Below are positions 8,461 through 18,407 of a stretch of 36,851 nucleotides of DNA, one piece after another. The DNA is from Coleofasciculus sp. B1-GNL1-01 (GTDB lineage Bacteria > Cyanobacteriota > Cyanobacteriia > Cyanobacteriales > Coleofasciculaceae), in the NCBI GenBank assembly GCA_040220235.1, contig JAVJTO010000121.1; one strand, written 5' to 3'. Under the pieces are notes generated by a model. It did no database searches. It was not told the origin of the DNA and was given only the letters and a program-made list of their open reading frames with translations. Each line of letters starts with the position of its first letter. The stretch's first letter is position 1. A program made the position numbers and the translations under genes.

Positions 8461-8821
8461 GACTTTGTGCAGCAAGCCCTAAGTACTTCTCGGTAATCTG
8501 GGCAGAAGCGATCGCAAAAATTCCGCAATTTCACGGATTCTAACTCCTCGAGTCAGGAACTATGCTTAAAAAGCAAGGACAAGGAAGCAAACTCTCAGTT
8601 GTAGATGCAGTTCCCTGGTAGCTATCTCTCGCTGCCAGGATTTTTCTTTCGATAGCTTAACATGTGAGACACCTTGATTCCGTGGGATCGCGTAAATCTC
8701 TTTCTTTGAGACATTATGCCGACTCAAAAATCCGTATGAAGACTGAGGCGATTGTTAATTGTTATCGGTCAAAATAAAATCAATTACTGAGAACGTGAAG
8801 TTGGTCTACCCCTCTAAAGTT

Positions 8822-9070
8822 ATGCCTGAAGATACCTATAAACAATTACTCCAAGCTGCTACCGCCAGATATCATGCTTTATTATATCAAAGCTATAGTC
8901 AACTTAGTTTGGATGACAAAATATTTATCGAGAATTTCCGCTATTACAAACAAATGTCTTTGAATCAGGTGGTTCAAGCGTTAGACGATAACCTGAGGCA
9001 GCTCCAAGGTAAGGATTATTGGAGTGCTTGTCAAGATACTAAACTATTTAATTTTAGTATCGACCAATAA
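8822..9070 (+). CDS. Hypothetical protein (about 82 aa)
   Basis: Helical-looking ORF MPEDTYKQLLQAATARYHALL...; start uncertain (TTG 8759 or ATG 8822). Confidence 0.5.
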   Translation: MPEDTYKQLLQAATARYHALLYQSYSQLSLDDKIFIENFRYYKQMSLNQVVQALDDNLRQLQGKDYWSACQDTKLFNFSIDQ

Positions 9071-9099
9071 CCTCCTAAGAAATACCCTTTTACATAAAG

Positions 9100-9172
9100 G
9101 TAGGGGGAATAGGCGACCCGAGTCAACTGAGTGGACTGGTGTTGGTAATTAGGCTAAGCGGGTCGCCCCTAC
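9100..9172. repeat. REP-like element
   Basis: gtaggggg...ggcgacccg...cgggtcgcccctac; same arms at 26365-26427. Confidence 0.65.
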
Positions 9173-9474
9173 AGGTTGTTGTTTCTTTCTTGTATCACGG
9201 ATACTCACGTCCGTGGGAGGATCTCAAGAAAACCGCCCTTCGTCATAAAAGGAATGGTTTTGTAGCTTGTGTTACATTTTCGAGAAAATCTAGCATCGAT
9301 TTCAATTACTGGACTCGTATTTTAGACCGGAAAAGGTAAAATTTCCTGTTATTTGATGATATTTCCGCAAGCAAGTGATCGCATCTTGTCCCCTATCTGG
9401 AATCAACCTGTCACAGACTAAAGGATTCAGAAGAAGATGACTTAAAATGTAGTCAGTACCAAGCGAGAGTAGAA

Positions 9475-12400
9475 ATGGCGAGAAATTGTTTGCGGATTAA
9501 TCATCAAGGTGATTCGATTCAACTTTCCTGGCAACGCGGACAATCTAATCCTCGCCCTGCGCCATCAGTAACATTTACACATCCCTTTGACAAGCAAGCT
9601 TTAGTTGACTTGCGCTGGTATCTAGAAGAGTATTTGCGTTTTCCCTATGGCATTTATCCAGATCATGCCGCCAAGATTGAGCAAAAGTTTCAATATTGGG
9701 GAGAGCAGTTGTTTGAATTAGTCTTTCGCAGTAGTGAGCAAGCGCGGCAATTTTTTCAGGCGGCGACTTACGAAGGGTTGAATCAGTGCGAACTGGTGAT
9801 TACATCCGATAGTCCAGAGGTGCTGAATTTGCCTTGGGAGTTATTGTACTCGCCGAGCGATCGCCAATTTCTCGCACCCTCTTTAGCAGGGATGTCTCGC
9901 AGTCTCAGCGAGTATGCTGTCCGGGCAGAAATGGGTGATTTACCCCAGGATAAGCTGAATATTTTGCTGGTGATTGCCCGTCCTTATGGTGAAACTGATA
10001 TTGGGCTGAGAACCATTGCCCGTCCGTTGCTGGAAGCATTATCAAATATTCGCCAAAAAGTCAATCTCAAAGTGTTGCGTCCACCCAGCTTTGAGCAGTT
10101 CGAGCGAGAACTGAATGCCAATCGCGGGTTTTATCACATCGTTCATTTTGATGGACATGGGGATTTTGACGCCAACAGCATCGGATTTCAGCATACTTTG
10201 GGGGCTGCGGGGCAGGGAGTGTTGGTGTTTGAAAAGAATGATGGTTCGCCCGATATTGTTACGGCGGCACAGATTGCTCAGAATTTGGCAGATTGCCGCG
10301 TGCCGATTTTTGTCTTGAATGCTTGCAAATCGGCGCAGGAGGGAGAGGAAAAGTTTTCTTCTGTGGCGACGCGCTTGGTATCTTTGGGGGCTAAGGGTGT
10401 GGTGGCAATGGCGTATTCTGTCTATGCCCAAGCCGCTAAACATTTCATGGGGCGGTTGTATGGGGAGTTGGCGGCGGGTGCGAGTCTCGACAGTGCTGTG
10501 GCGGCGGGGCGAAAGGACGTTTTGAATAAGCCGCAGCGCCCTAGTCCCAAGGGCGATAAGCCTCTGCAAGATTGGCTGGTGCCCGTGCTATATCAGCAGG
10601 AATCCTACCAGCCGTTTATTCCCTCAACTACAGATGCAGATGTTCTGGATATTGAGGATTTCTTAGAGCCAACGGTTAGCAATTTGGTGGGGTTCCCAGA
10701 GGAGGGGGCTTACGGCTTTATTGGGCGAGACTACGATATTTTGCGGTTAGAGCGGGCATTTCGCCAAAACAATATCGTGCTGTTGCAAGGCATGGCTGGC
10801 GTGGGCAAAACTGAGTTAGCTTGTGGCTTTGCTCGGTGGCTAGAGGAGACTCAGGGACGTACTGGCAAGATGTTCTTCATGTCGTTTGAGCATGGGGCGA
10901 CGCTGAGTAATGTAGTGAATCAAGTGGGAAGGGAAGTTTGGGGCGACAAGTTTTCCCAGTATCGGGCAGAGCAACAACAGCAAGCTGTACTGAAATATCT
11001 GAAAACTCAGCAAAGTCTGTTGATTTGGGACAACTTTGAGCCTGTGGCGGGGTTTCCTGCGGGGAATGAGCCGTTGTTGAATGCGAGTGAGCGAGACAAT
11101 TTGCAACGGTTTCTCAAAGATTTGCGCGGCGGGAAGTCTTGGGTATTGATTACCAGTCGCCGAGAGGAGCGTTGGCTGGATTGTGGTTACAGGTTAGTGG
11201 ATTTACGGGGACTGCGCGAGCAGGATGTGGAGGAGTTGGCGGCGCAGATTCTGCAAACGGCAGGGATAGATAGGGCGGAACTGTCTTCTGAGTATCTGGA
11301 GTTGCTGAAATTGTTGGGGGGACATCCTTTCTCTTTACGGGTTGTATTGCCCAACCTCAAGAAGCAGAATGTTCAGCAAGTGATTGATGCTTGGCGGCAG
11401 GGACTCGATGCCTTCCAGGGAGCAGAGGAAGAAGGGCGGGATAAATCTCTCAGGCTGTCGCTGGATTATTCGTTTGCCAAGTTATCTGACAGATGCCGTC
11501 GGCATTTGCCCTTTTTAGGTCTATTCTCTGAGCGAGTTAATATTTATACACTCTCTTATCTCTTTAAAGATTGTGGCTTCGTGAATTTGCTGGATTTTAG
11601 GCATACATATCAGGCTATCTTTGGGGAAAACCTAGAAATAGAGGATTGGTTAAAAATTCTAAACGAGGCAGTAGAAGCAGGTATTTTAGAAAATCTGGCT
11701 GACGGTATTTATAAAATTCACCCTGCTCTACCTTGGTATCTGCGTCAACAGTTATCTCAACATTACAATCTTGAGGAACTTAGCAAAATTGAAAAAAAGT
11801 TGCTGCTTTTATACTTAATAGTAGCTGCGGCTCATGACATACAATACCAAGGCAATGCAGATAGAGCAACTACAGTCTTATTAATTGAAGAGCCAAACCT
11901 ATTGCAATATTTGCGATTTGCACAAAACCAAAAGGCTTGGGATGCAGCCGCAGGAATTTTAAGAGCTTTAGGTCAAGTTTATGATATCCTCGGTTTTTTT
12001 GCAGAATATCGATTATTGCGAGAAAGGGCGCTTGCTCAAATTGGTATAAACTTGGTGGAGGTTAAGGCAAAGGATGAAGGTGCTTTTGGATTTTGGACAC
12101 TATTAAAAAGTGCTGATGCTCTAGAAGCGCTTCGACGGGGTGAAATTGGGGAAGCTAGAGTGATTCATCAAGAAATTCTAGATGCATACACAGCGTTAAA
12201 TGACTCATCTGTCATTGGCGAAATTGCGATTGCCTATGTCAATTTAGGTACAATAGCACGAGAAAATCGTGATTTTGATGCAGCTTTTAACTATTATCAA
12301 AGTGCGCTGAAAATTTATAAAGATGTAGGTAATTCTTCTCAGAAAGCTGCGATTTATTACGAACTAGGAGTGACTGCACGACAAAAATGGGATTTTGAAA

Positions 12401-13107
12401 CTGCAATTGGCTACTACCAAAATAGTTTTAACATTTATCAAGATACTGGAGATTTTCATAGACTTATCGGTATTTACCAGGAAATGGGTATAATAGCACG
12501 ATATAAAGGAAATTTTGCTCAAGCCATTGTTAAGTATGAAAAAGCTCTCCATATTTGTAAACAATTAGGGCATGCTTACTTTGCTGCTGGTCTTTTCCAC
12601 GAGTTGGGAGAGGTAAAAAAGAAACAAGGATATTTGGAGGATGCAAGAAATTATTACAACAAAGCCCTCCAAATATATGAAGATAAGCAGGATTGGCAAA
12701 ATGCTTCAGATGAATATCAGGGATTAGGCGAAGTAGCGAAAGCACAAGGGGAAATCGATGAGGCAGAGGCATATTTTAAAAAAGCTCTTGAAATAAGGGC
12801 TGCGGCAAAAGATTGGTTTAAAGTAGCAGCAACGCTGGTTGAAATAGGCGAAATTTTAGAGGCTAAAAGAGAGGAGTTTGAAGCTTTAATAGTTTACATA
12901 CGGCTCTTTATAATTGATAGCCAACATAATAGAGCAGAATTTTGTTTTCGAGAATTGATTAGTTCAGATATCTGGAATTTAGGTCGAATGATTAAAGTGT
13001 TGGGAAATAGTAAGTTTGAGGCGGTTTGGCGAGAGGTGACAGGTGAGGAGTGTCCAGAAGAGCTACGTTCAGCAATTCAGGCAGCAAGTGAAGAAAGCGA
13101 GGAATAA
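9475..13107 (+). CDS. CHAT (caspase-like) protease - STAND/NB-ARC-like NTPase - TPR protein
   Basis: CHAT dyad HIVHFDGHG and VLNACKS, LPWELL; FIGRD, Walker A GMAGVGKT, Walker B LLIWDNFE, LITSR, LGGHPFSL; C-terminal TPR array (AYVNLG, YYELG, FHELG, YQGLG). Confidence 0.92.
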   Translation: MARNCLRINHQGDSIQLSWQRGQSNPRPAPSVTFTHPFDKQALVDLRWYLEEYLRFPYGIYPDHAAKIEQKFQYWGEQLFELVFRSSEQARQFFQAATYEGLNQCELVITSDSPEVLNLPWELLYSPSDRQFLAPSLAGMSRSLSEYAVRAEMGDLPQDKLNILLVIARPYGETDIGLRTIARPLLEALSNIRQKVNLKVLRPPSFEQFERELNANRGFYHIVHFDGHGDFDANSIGFQHTLGAAGQGVLVFEKNDGSPDIVTAAQIAQNLADCRVPIFVLNACKSAQEGEEKFSSVATRLVSLGAKGVVAMAYSVYAQAAKHFMGRLYGELAAGASLDSAVAAGRKDVLNKPQRPSPKGDKPLQDWLVPVLYQQESYQPFIPSTTDADVLDIEDFLEPTVSNLVGFPEEGAYGFIGRDYDILRLERAFRQNNIVLLQGMAGVGKTELACGFARWLEETQGRTGKMFFMSFEHGATLSNVVNQVGREVWGDKFSQYRAEQQQQAVLKYLKTQQSLLIWDNFEPVAGFPAGNEPLLNASERDNLQRFLKDLRGGKSWVLITSRREERWLDCGYRLVDLRGLREQDVEELAAQILQTAGIDRAELSSEYLELLKLLGGHPFSLRVVLPNLKKQNVQQVIDAWRQGLDAFQGAEEEGRDKSLRLSLDYSFAKLSDRCRRHLPFLGLFSERVNIYTLSYLFKDCGFVNLLDFRHTYQAIFGENLEIEDWLKILNEAVEAGILENLADGIYKIHPALPWYLRQQLSQHYNLEELSKIEKKLLLLYLIVAAAHDIQYQGNADRATTVLLIEEPNLLQYLRFAQNQKAWDAAAGILRALGQVYDILGFFAEYRLLRERALAQIGINLVEVKAKDEGAFGFWTLLKSADALEALRRGEIGEARVIHQEILDAYTALNDSSVIGEIAIAYVNLGTIARENRDFDAAFNYYQSALKIYKDVGNSSQKAAIYYELGVTARQKWDFETAIGYYQNSFNIYQDTGDFHRLIGIYQEMGIIARYKGNFAQAIVKYEKALHICKQLGHAYFAAGLFHELGEVKKKQGYLEDARNYYNKALQIYEDKQDWQNASDEYQGLGEVAKAQGEIDEAEAYFKKALEIRAAAKDWFKVAATLVEIGEILEAKREEFEALIVYIRLFIIDSQHNRAEFCFRELISSDIWNLGRMIKVLGNSKFEAVWREVTGEECPEELRSAIQAASEESEE

Positions 13108-13429
13108 TTATGTATTGTTTAGTTCGTTTTAACAGACTTGCGCTATGAGCCTTTAAATTGATTTCAATGCGGTGTGACGGCGTGACAATAAGTTCCAGTC
13201 AATATGTTAACGTGGTGGAAATTTATTTCAGAGGCTGTGACAGCATGGCAATAAATCCAATCAAGATGTTATCATTGGTGGAAATTTATTCCCGGTTATG
13301 GGTGAGGGTGAGCAATTTATTTTCCAGTGATGTGATGGTGTAATCCGCTCATCCGCCTAGCACGGTAATCCCATCCTGGGAACGAGATAATAACGAAGAT
13401 GATGCTCCAACATTCCGACGAGGTATACC

Positions 13430-13862
13430 ATGGAACCAAAATTAACCTCAGATGAAATCAACGCCAAACAGCAGCTATTGCAGGATTACGAACCCGCGCA
13501 AGAAGCATTTGCCATACTTGAAAAAAATCAGGGCAGACTTGATGCCAGTTTTGATGAACTGTGGGCGGAAAAAAATGATCCGCAAATGTTTGAAAAAGAT
13601 CCCAGTAAGCGCAAATCCCTCTGGAAGGTAATGTTGGGCGAACTCCGCAAAGAACTCTGCGGTGATGATGGCTTTCGTGGTAAAGTCAAAGAATACACAA
13701 AGAAACCAGATAGTGCGCCTTTGCTCACTGGGTTGATTGTCTCCCTCGTCGGCATTGCTGGGGCAAACGGATTACCCATTGATCCTGCGATCGCAACAAT
13801 TATTGTCTTAATATATCGTCAAAATTGGACTGAATACTTTTTGTGAATACACTGAACCTTAA
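13430..13862 (+). pseudogene. Small hypothetical protein with hydrophobic C-terminus, probable +1 frameshift near 13811
   Basis: ORF 13430..13846 ends IIVLIYRQNWTEYFL; removing one A at 13810-13811 gives ...PAIATIIVLYIVKIGLNTFCEYTEP* (stop 13862), a continuous helix. SD GAGG upstream. Confidence 0.6.
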
Positions 13863-13867
13863 ACTGG

Positions 13868-13954
13868 ATGTCACTGACTTAAGGATTTGTAGTGGGTAAT
13901 ACCAGCGTTGATGGCGCTGAAGCGCAACTACAAACTAGCTTATGTCAGTGACAT
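13868..13954. repeat. Small inverted-repeat element between convergent genes
   Basis: atgtcactgacttaag / cttatgtcagtgacat (15/16 match) enclosing tttgtagt...gcgctgaagcgc...actacaaa. Confidence 0.65.
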
Positions 13955-13974
13955 TTATTGATTTCTAGGCTCAA

Positions 13975-14694
13975 TTAAACTAAAGCTTTTGCCGCTGAAA
14001 ATTTTGATTTGGGAATGTCATAAGGGCGATAGTATATATCAACAATTTTAGCTAAATCCGCTAAGGTATAATTCGTGTCAAACAAGGATAACTTGAGGCA
14101 ATGAAAAAAAGCAATATCCATCGTCAATCCCAATTGCTGACAAAAGTTTTCTGAGAGTCTACTTCCATTACGTTTATGCCGCAGATGCCGAGCGACAAAC
14201 AGTTGTCTTAAAACAATGAGTTTTTGGAACAAAACCTCGATAATCCTGGCGGGCGACTGCAAGCCTGTCATCTCTCGTGTTGGACTCGGCGTATTCTGTT
14301 CAAATCTAAAGTGAGCATCTTTGAGTTGAAAGATTAAACACAGTTGCTGTACGACTTGTACTTGGAACAAATGTTCGAGTTGTTCACCCCGCAATGCACC
14401 TTGCTGTTTCAGATACAATCCCAGAGGTTGATCTTCTGGACACAACTGAGCCAGTTTCGTGACAACACGGTTACTTACCCACTCGTATTGCTGGATCAGC
14501 GAGAGTAACCCTTCATCGTTCAATTGGTTGGCGGCGGTGATAACATTCCCATTTTCTACCCAAATATAGTAAGACGACGCATCTCTTGACTCCGATCGCG
14601 ATCGCAGCATTAGTACGCCGCTTTTGTTTCCCTGATCAATAAATCGAAAAATTTCCGGCAGAGAAAAATCCGAAAGAAACCCTGTAATAGACAT
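13975..14694 (-). CDS. DUF4388/PATAN-like domain protein
   Basis: MSITGFLSDFSLPEIFRFIDQGNKSGVL, YYIWVENGNVI, PLGLYLKQQG, FRFE. Confidence 0.8.
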   Translation of the reverse strand: MSITGFLSDFSLPEIFRFIDQGNKSGVLMLRSRSESRDASSYYIWVENGNVITAANQLNDEGLLSLIQQYEWVSNRVVTKLAQLCPEDQPLGLYLKQQGALRGEQLEHLFQVQVVQQLCLIFQLKDAHFRFEQNTPSPTREMTGLQSPARIIEVLFQKLIVLRQLFVARHLRHKRNGSRLSENFCQQLGLTMDIAFFHCLKLSLFDTNYTLADLAKIVDIYYRPYDIPKSKFSAAKALV

Positions 14695-14816
14695 GGCTGG
14701 TGAATTGAACCCCTACAACTATTGTCTCGATTAACGGTTGAACTCAATCGCGATCGCCAGATCCGGTCAGATCGCGATTTATAATGAGTGGGTGTTGTTG
14801 TTGGCGATCTTGCTCT

Positions 14817-16076
14817 GTGACCCAAACTCCCCTTCCTAATTCCCGCTCCTCTACCGATGTGGTAAACGAACAACCGGATGCCTTAGGGCGTTTTGGCAAA
14901 TTTGGCGGCAAGTATGTGCCGGAAACTTTAATGCCAGCGCTGTTCGAGTTAGAGCAGTCGTTTAAACAGTACCGCAACCATCCCGATTTTCAGCAGGAAT
15001 TGCAACAGTTATTACGTGATTATGTCGGGCGTCCTAGTCCTCTATATTTTGCGGAACGTTTAACCGCCCACTATGCCAGACCCGATGGCGGTGGAGCGCA
15101 AATTTATTTGAAACGGGAAGACTTAAATCATACCGGCGCTCATAAGATCAATAATGCCTTAGCCCAGGTCTTATTAGCCAAGCGGATGGGCAAGAAGCGG
15201 ATTATAGCAGAAACTGGGGCAGGTCAACATGGTGTGGCAACGGCAACAGTTTGTGCGCGGTTCGGCTTGGAATGCATTATCTATATGGGTGTTCAGGATA
15301 TGGAACGCCAAGCCCTGAACGTGTTTCGCATGAGGCTGATGGGGGCAAAGGTTCAACCCGTTGCGGCGGGAACGGGTACGCTCAAAGATGCCACCTCAGA
15401 AGCGATTCGCGACTGGGTAACGAATGTGGAAACCACCCATTACATCCTCGGTTCAGTCGCCGGTCCTCATCCCTATCCCTTGCTCGTGCGTGACTTTCAG
15501 GCAATTATTGGTCAAGAAACCCGCACCCAATGTCAAGAGAAATGGGGTGGCTTACCGGATATCTTGTTAGCTTGTGTCGGTGGCGGTTCCAATGCAATGG
15601 GACTCTTCCATGAATTTGTTAACGAATCCAACGTGCGGTTAATTGGTGTTGAAGCGGCTGGGGAAGGTGTTACGTCTACCAAGCACGCCGCTACCCTAAC
15701 CTTAGGGCGTCCCGGTGTACTGCATGGGGCAATGAGCTACTTACTCCAAGATACCGATGGTCAAGTGGTGGAAGCCCATTCCGTTAGTGCGGGACTCGAT
15801 TATCCGGGTGTTGGACCCGAACACAGTTATTTGAAAGATAGTGGTCGAGCAGAATACTATAGCGTCAGCGACCAAGACGCGATCGCAGCGTTTCGCCAGT
15901 TATCGGAACTCGAAGGGATTATTCCCGCCCTAGAAACCGCCCACGCGATCGCATATCTAGAAACCCTCTGTCCTCAACTTCAGGGTAGCCCTAAAATTGT
16001 GATCAATTGTTCGGGTCGCGGTGATAAAGATGTACAAACCGTTGGTAAGTTGATTCAGTTAGACTCCCAGGATTAA
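14817..16076 (+). CDS. trpB: Tryptophan synthase beta chain
   Basis: [63 protein letters not shown] 14817 preferred as start. Confidence 0.98.
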   Translation: MTQTPLPNSRSSTDVVNEQPDALGRFGKFGGKYVPETLMPALFELEQSFKQYRNHPDFQQELQQLLRDYVGRPSPLYFAERLTAHYARPDGGGAQIYLKREDLNHTGAHKINNALAQVLLAKRMGKKRIIAETGAGQHGVATATVCARFGLECIIYMGVQDMERQALNVFRMRLMGAKVQPVAAGTGTLKDATSEAIRDWVTNVETTHYILGSVAGPHPYPLLVRDFQAIIGQETRTQCQEKWGGLPDILLACVGGGSNAMGLFHEFVNESNVRLIGVEAAGEGVTSTKHAATLTLGRPGVLHGAMSYLLQDTDGQVVEAHSVSAGLDYPGVGPEHSYLKDSGRAEYYSVSDQDAIAAFRQLSELEGIIPALETAHAIAYLETLCPQLQGSPKIVINCSGRGDKDVQTVGKLIQLDSQD

Positions 16077-16079
16077 ACA

Positions 16080-16619
16080 GTGCGGTCAACGTCTCTTTTG
16101 GTCATGAGTGGATTCCTGCTGCTAAAGTTAGGACTCAGTAGCTGTGATTCGGTGTTGAGTTTCAAGACAACCCCCATGAGTCAATCCGAATCTCCGGCAA
16201 CTGTGTCTCAACCGCAAAATGACGGTGATTTTACCAATTGGGAAGGGTTGGTGCATCAACAGATTAATCAATATCGCCAGTCCCAAAACCTGCCCCCATT
16301 AACCTTAGACGCAAGCATTAGCAAGGAAGCCAGACGCCACAGTCAGGCAATGGCAACCGGGCGCGTCCCGTTGGGTCATGGGGGATTTGAACAACGAGTC
16401 CGGGCGATCGCCCAATCCATGTCCTATCGCCAAGCGGCGGAAAATGTCGCCTATAATCAGGGCTATTCTGACCCGGCGACACAGGTGGTACAAGGTTGGT
16501 TAAAAAGCCCAGGACATCGAAAAAATATTGAAGGGGATTTTGATGTCACCGGGATTGGCGTGAGTAAAAATGCCAAGGGAGACTATTACTTTACCCAGAT
16601 TTTCATCAAGCGGCAGTAG
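16080..16619 (+). CDS. CAP/SCP domain protein, probable lipoprotein
   Basis: LGLSSC lipobox-like; INQYR, HSQAM, AENVAYN, GWLKSPGHRKNI, GIGV, YFTQIF. Confidence 0.9.
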   Translation: MRSTSLLVMSGFLLLKLGLSSCDSVLSFKTTPMSQSESPATVSQPQNDGDFTNWEGLVHQQINQYRQSQNLPPLTLDASISKEARRHSQAMATGRVPLGHGGFEQRVRAIAQSMSYRQAAENVAYNQGYSDPATQVVQGWLKSPGHRKNIEGDFDVTGIGVSKNAKGDYYFTQIFIKRQ

Positions 16620-16663
16620 TTTGTTATTTGTTCATGATTGATAATTCCTAATTCAGATATCTG

Positions 16664-17314
16664 ATGACTCATCCACCCATCGAGAAAGACGTGGCAGAAT
16701 TTCAAGTGTGCGATCGCGACCTTCCCGACGCCCTGCTGAAGACCTATCTCAACGCCGAAGCGATTGCTGTTGATACAGAAACCATGGGGCTAATCTATCA
16801 GCGTGATCGCTTGTGTCTGGTGCAACTGTGTGACCCCCAAGACCGGGTTACGGTGATCCGCATCGATAAAAAACAAACCGAAGCCCCCAATCTGAAGCAG
16901 TTGCTGGAAGCCCAAACCGTCTTAAAAGTCTTTCACTTTGCCCGTTTCGATCTCGCCATCTTACGCCAAAATCTGGACATCTACGTCCAGCCTGTATTTT
17001 GTACAAAAATTGCCAGTAAACTTGCCCGTACCTATACCAACCGCCATGGGCTGAAGGATTTAGTCATGGATCTCGAACAGGTGGAACTGGATAAGAGTTC
17101 CCAGAGTTCAGATTGGGGGAATCCCAATAACCTTTCCGATGAACAACTGCGGTATGCAGCGAATGATGTCCGTTATTTGCTGTCTGTACGGCAGAAACTG
17201 ATTACTATGTTGCAACGAGAAGAGCGCTGGCAACTTGCCCAAGAGTGCTTTGAGGCGTTATCCGTGATGGTGTCTTTGGATTTGCTCCTCTATCGAGATA
17301 TCTTTGAACATTAA
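16664..17314 (+). CDS. rnd: Ribonuclease D-like 3'-5' exonuclease
   Basis: AVDTET, RLCLVQL, KVFHFARFD, FCTKIASKL, SSDW, YAANDV. Confidence 0.9.
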   Translation: MTHPPIEKDVAEFQVCDRDLPDALLKTYLNAEAIAVDTETMGLIYQRDRLCLVQLCDPQDRVTVIRIDKKQTEAPNLKQLLEAQTVLKVFHFARFDLAILRQNLDIYVQPVFCTKIASKLARTYTNRHGLKDLVMDLEQVELDKSSQSSDWGNPNNLSDEQLRYAANDVRYLLSVRQKLITMLQREERWQLAQECFEALSVMVSLDLLLYRDIFEH

Positions 17315-17443
17315 GACACCATTACCTAGAGACCCTCTTTTGCTCAAGGGTGGATGAACCGAATTCCACCCAGAGTGATAACTGCTAGGATAAAAAAAAG
17401 GAAGTGTCAATAAGATTGCTGGATTTAGAAGTTTCCCATGCCC

Positions 17444-18010
17444 ATGACTGCTCAAGTTATCGTCGAAAAGAAAAAACTAGACAACCCGCCGCTAGATATT
17501 CACTATCTGGGCGATCGCGTTCTGCGTCAACCAGCGAAGCGGGTGGCTAAAGTAGACCAAAGCATCCGACAGTTAGCTCATCAGATGCTGCAAACCATGT
17601 ATAGCGCAGATGGTATCGGCTTGGCAGCACCACAGGTTGGGGTAAATAAACAAATCATTGTCATCGACTGCGAACCGGATAACCCAGAAAATCCCCCCTT
17701 GATTCTGATCAACCCCACGATTAAGCGTTTTGGTCAGAGTATATGTGATGCTCAAGAAGGGTGTTTAAGCGTTCCTGGCGTCTACTTAGATGTCAAACGT
17801 CCGGTAGAGGTAGAAGTTGCCTACAAAGATGAGAATGGACGCCCACAAAGATTGAAGGCAGATGGTCTACTTTCTCGCGCCATTCAACATGAAATGGATC
17901 ACCTGACTGGGGTTATGTTTGTGGATCGGGTGGAAAATGGATTGGTTTTGGCAGAAGAACTGCAAAAGTATGGCTTTTCTACCCAAGCGGTTAAACCATT
18001 TAAGTCTTAG
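17444..18010 (+). CDS. def: Peptide deformylase
   Basis: GIGLAAPQVG, EGCLS, QHEMDHL. Confidence 0.97.
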   Translation: MTAQVIVEKKKLDNPPLDIHYLGDRVLRQPAKRVAKVDQSIRQLAHQMLQTMYSADGIGLAAPQVGVNKQIIVIDCEPDNPENPPLILINPTIKRFGQSICDAQEGCLSVPGVYLDVKRPVEVEVAYKDENGRPQRLKADGLLSRAIQHEMDHLTGVMFVDRVENGLVLAEELQKYGFSTQAVKPFKS

Positions 18011-18111
18011 ACAATCTCAGCATAACTGTGCTAATGCCTTGTCCATGGAGCAATCCATGGACATTTTGCAACTGGCTCGGTTGTTTTGTATTTATCGTTA
18101 GGTTTAATTTA

Positions 18112-18306
18112 ATGACACCAAAAAGTGGTTTATTTTTGATGGGGTCTTGTATTACTGCAATTGCGGCTGTGGGTTCAATTTTTGAACTCTCTTCAGGAAC
18201 ACCCCAGTTAGGTGCATCCGTCACGGAAATTATCCTGGCGGGTAGTATTCCCTTGAGTGGCTTTTTGTTCTATGCGGCTGTTCGTGATGCGAGAGCAAAT
18301 CAGTAG
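18112..18306 (+). CDS. Small two-TM hypothetical protein (64 aa)
   Basis: MTPKSGLFLMGSCITAIAAVGSIFELSSG...LFYAAVRDARANQ; ATG at 18112 preferred to the ORF-track start. Confidence 0.75.
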   Translation: MTPKSGLFLMGSCITAIAAVGSIFELSSGTPQLGASVTEIILAGSIPLSGFLFYAAVRDARANQ

Positions 18307-18407
18307 AACTATGTTTCCCTGGGGTTTTGCGTCCGTTTTCTGTTGTCCGCTATCCGTTAGGCGTCACTAGGTTCATACTGGTCTAAGGATGGCTCACCAC
18401 TTGCCCT

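Noticed and set aside
8365..8475. N-terminal extension of the pentapeptide protein
   Set aside because: Runs through a REP element; a good signal peptide starts at 8364.
9139..9339. 66-aa ORF upstream of the CHAT-STAND gene
   Set aside because: Begins inside a REP element and has no recognisable features.
10042..10569. 175-aa antisense ORF, and the other antisense/alternate-frame ORFs within long genes
   Set aside because: Shadow ORFs with no recognisable motifs.
14784..14816. Cys-rich [11 protein letters not shown] leader on TrpB as an attenuator or metal site
   Set aside because: Most likely an over-extended ORF; no terminator/antiterminator is evident and GTG 14817 gives a normal N-terminus.
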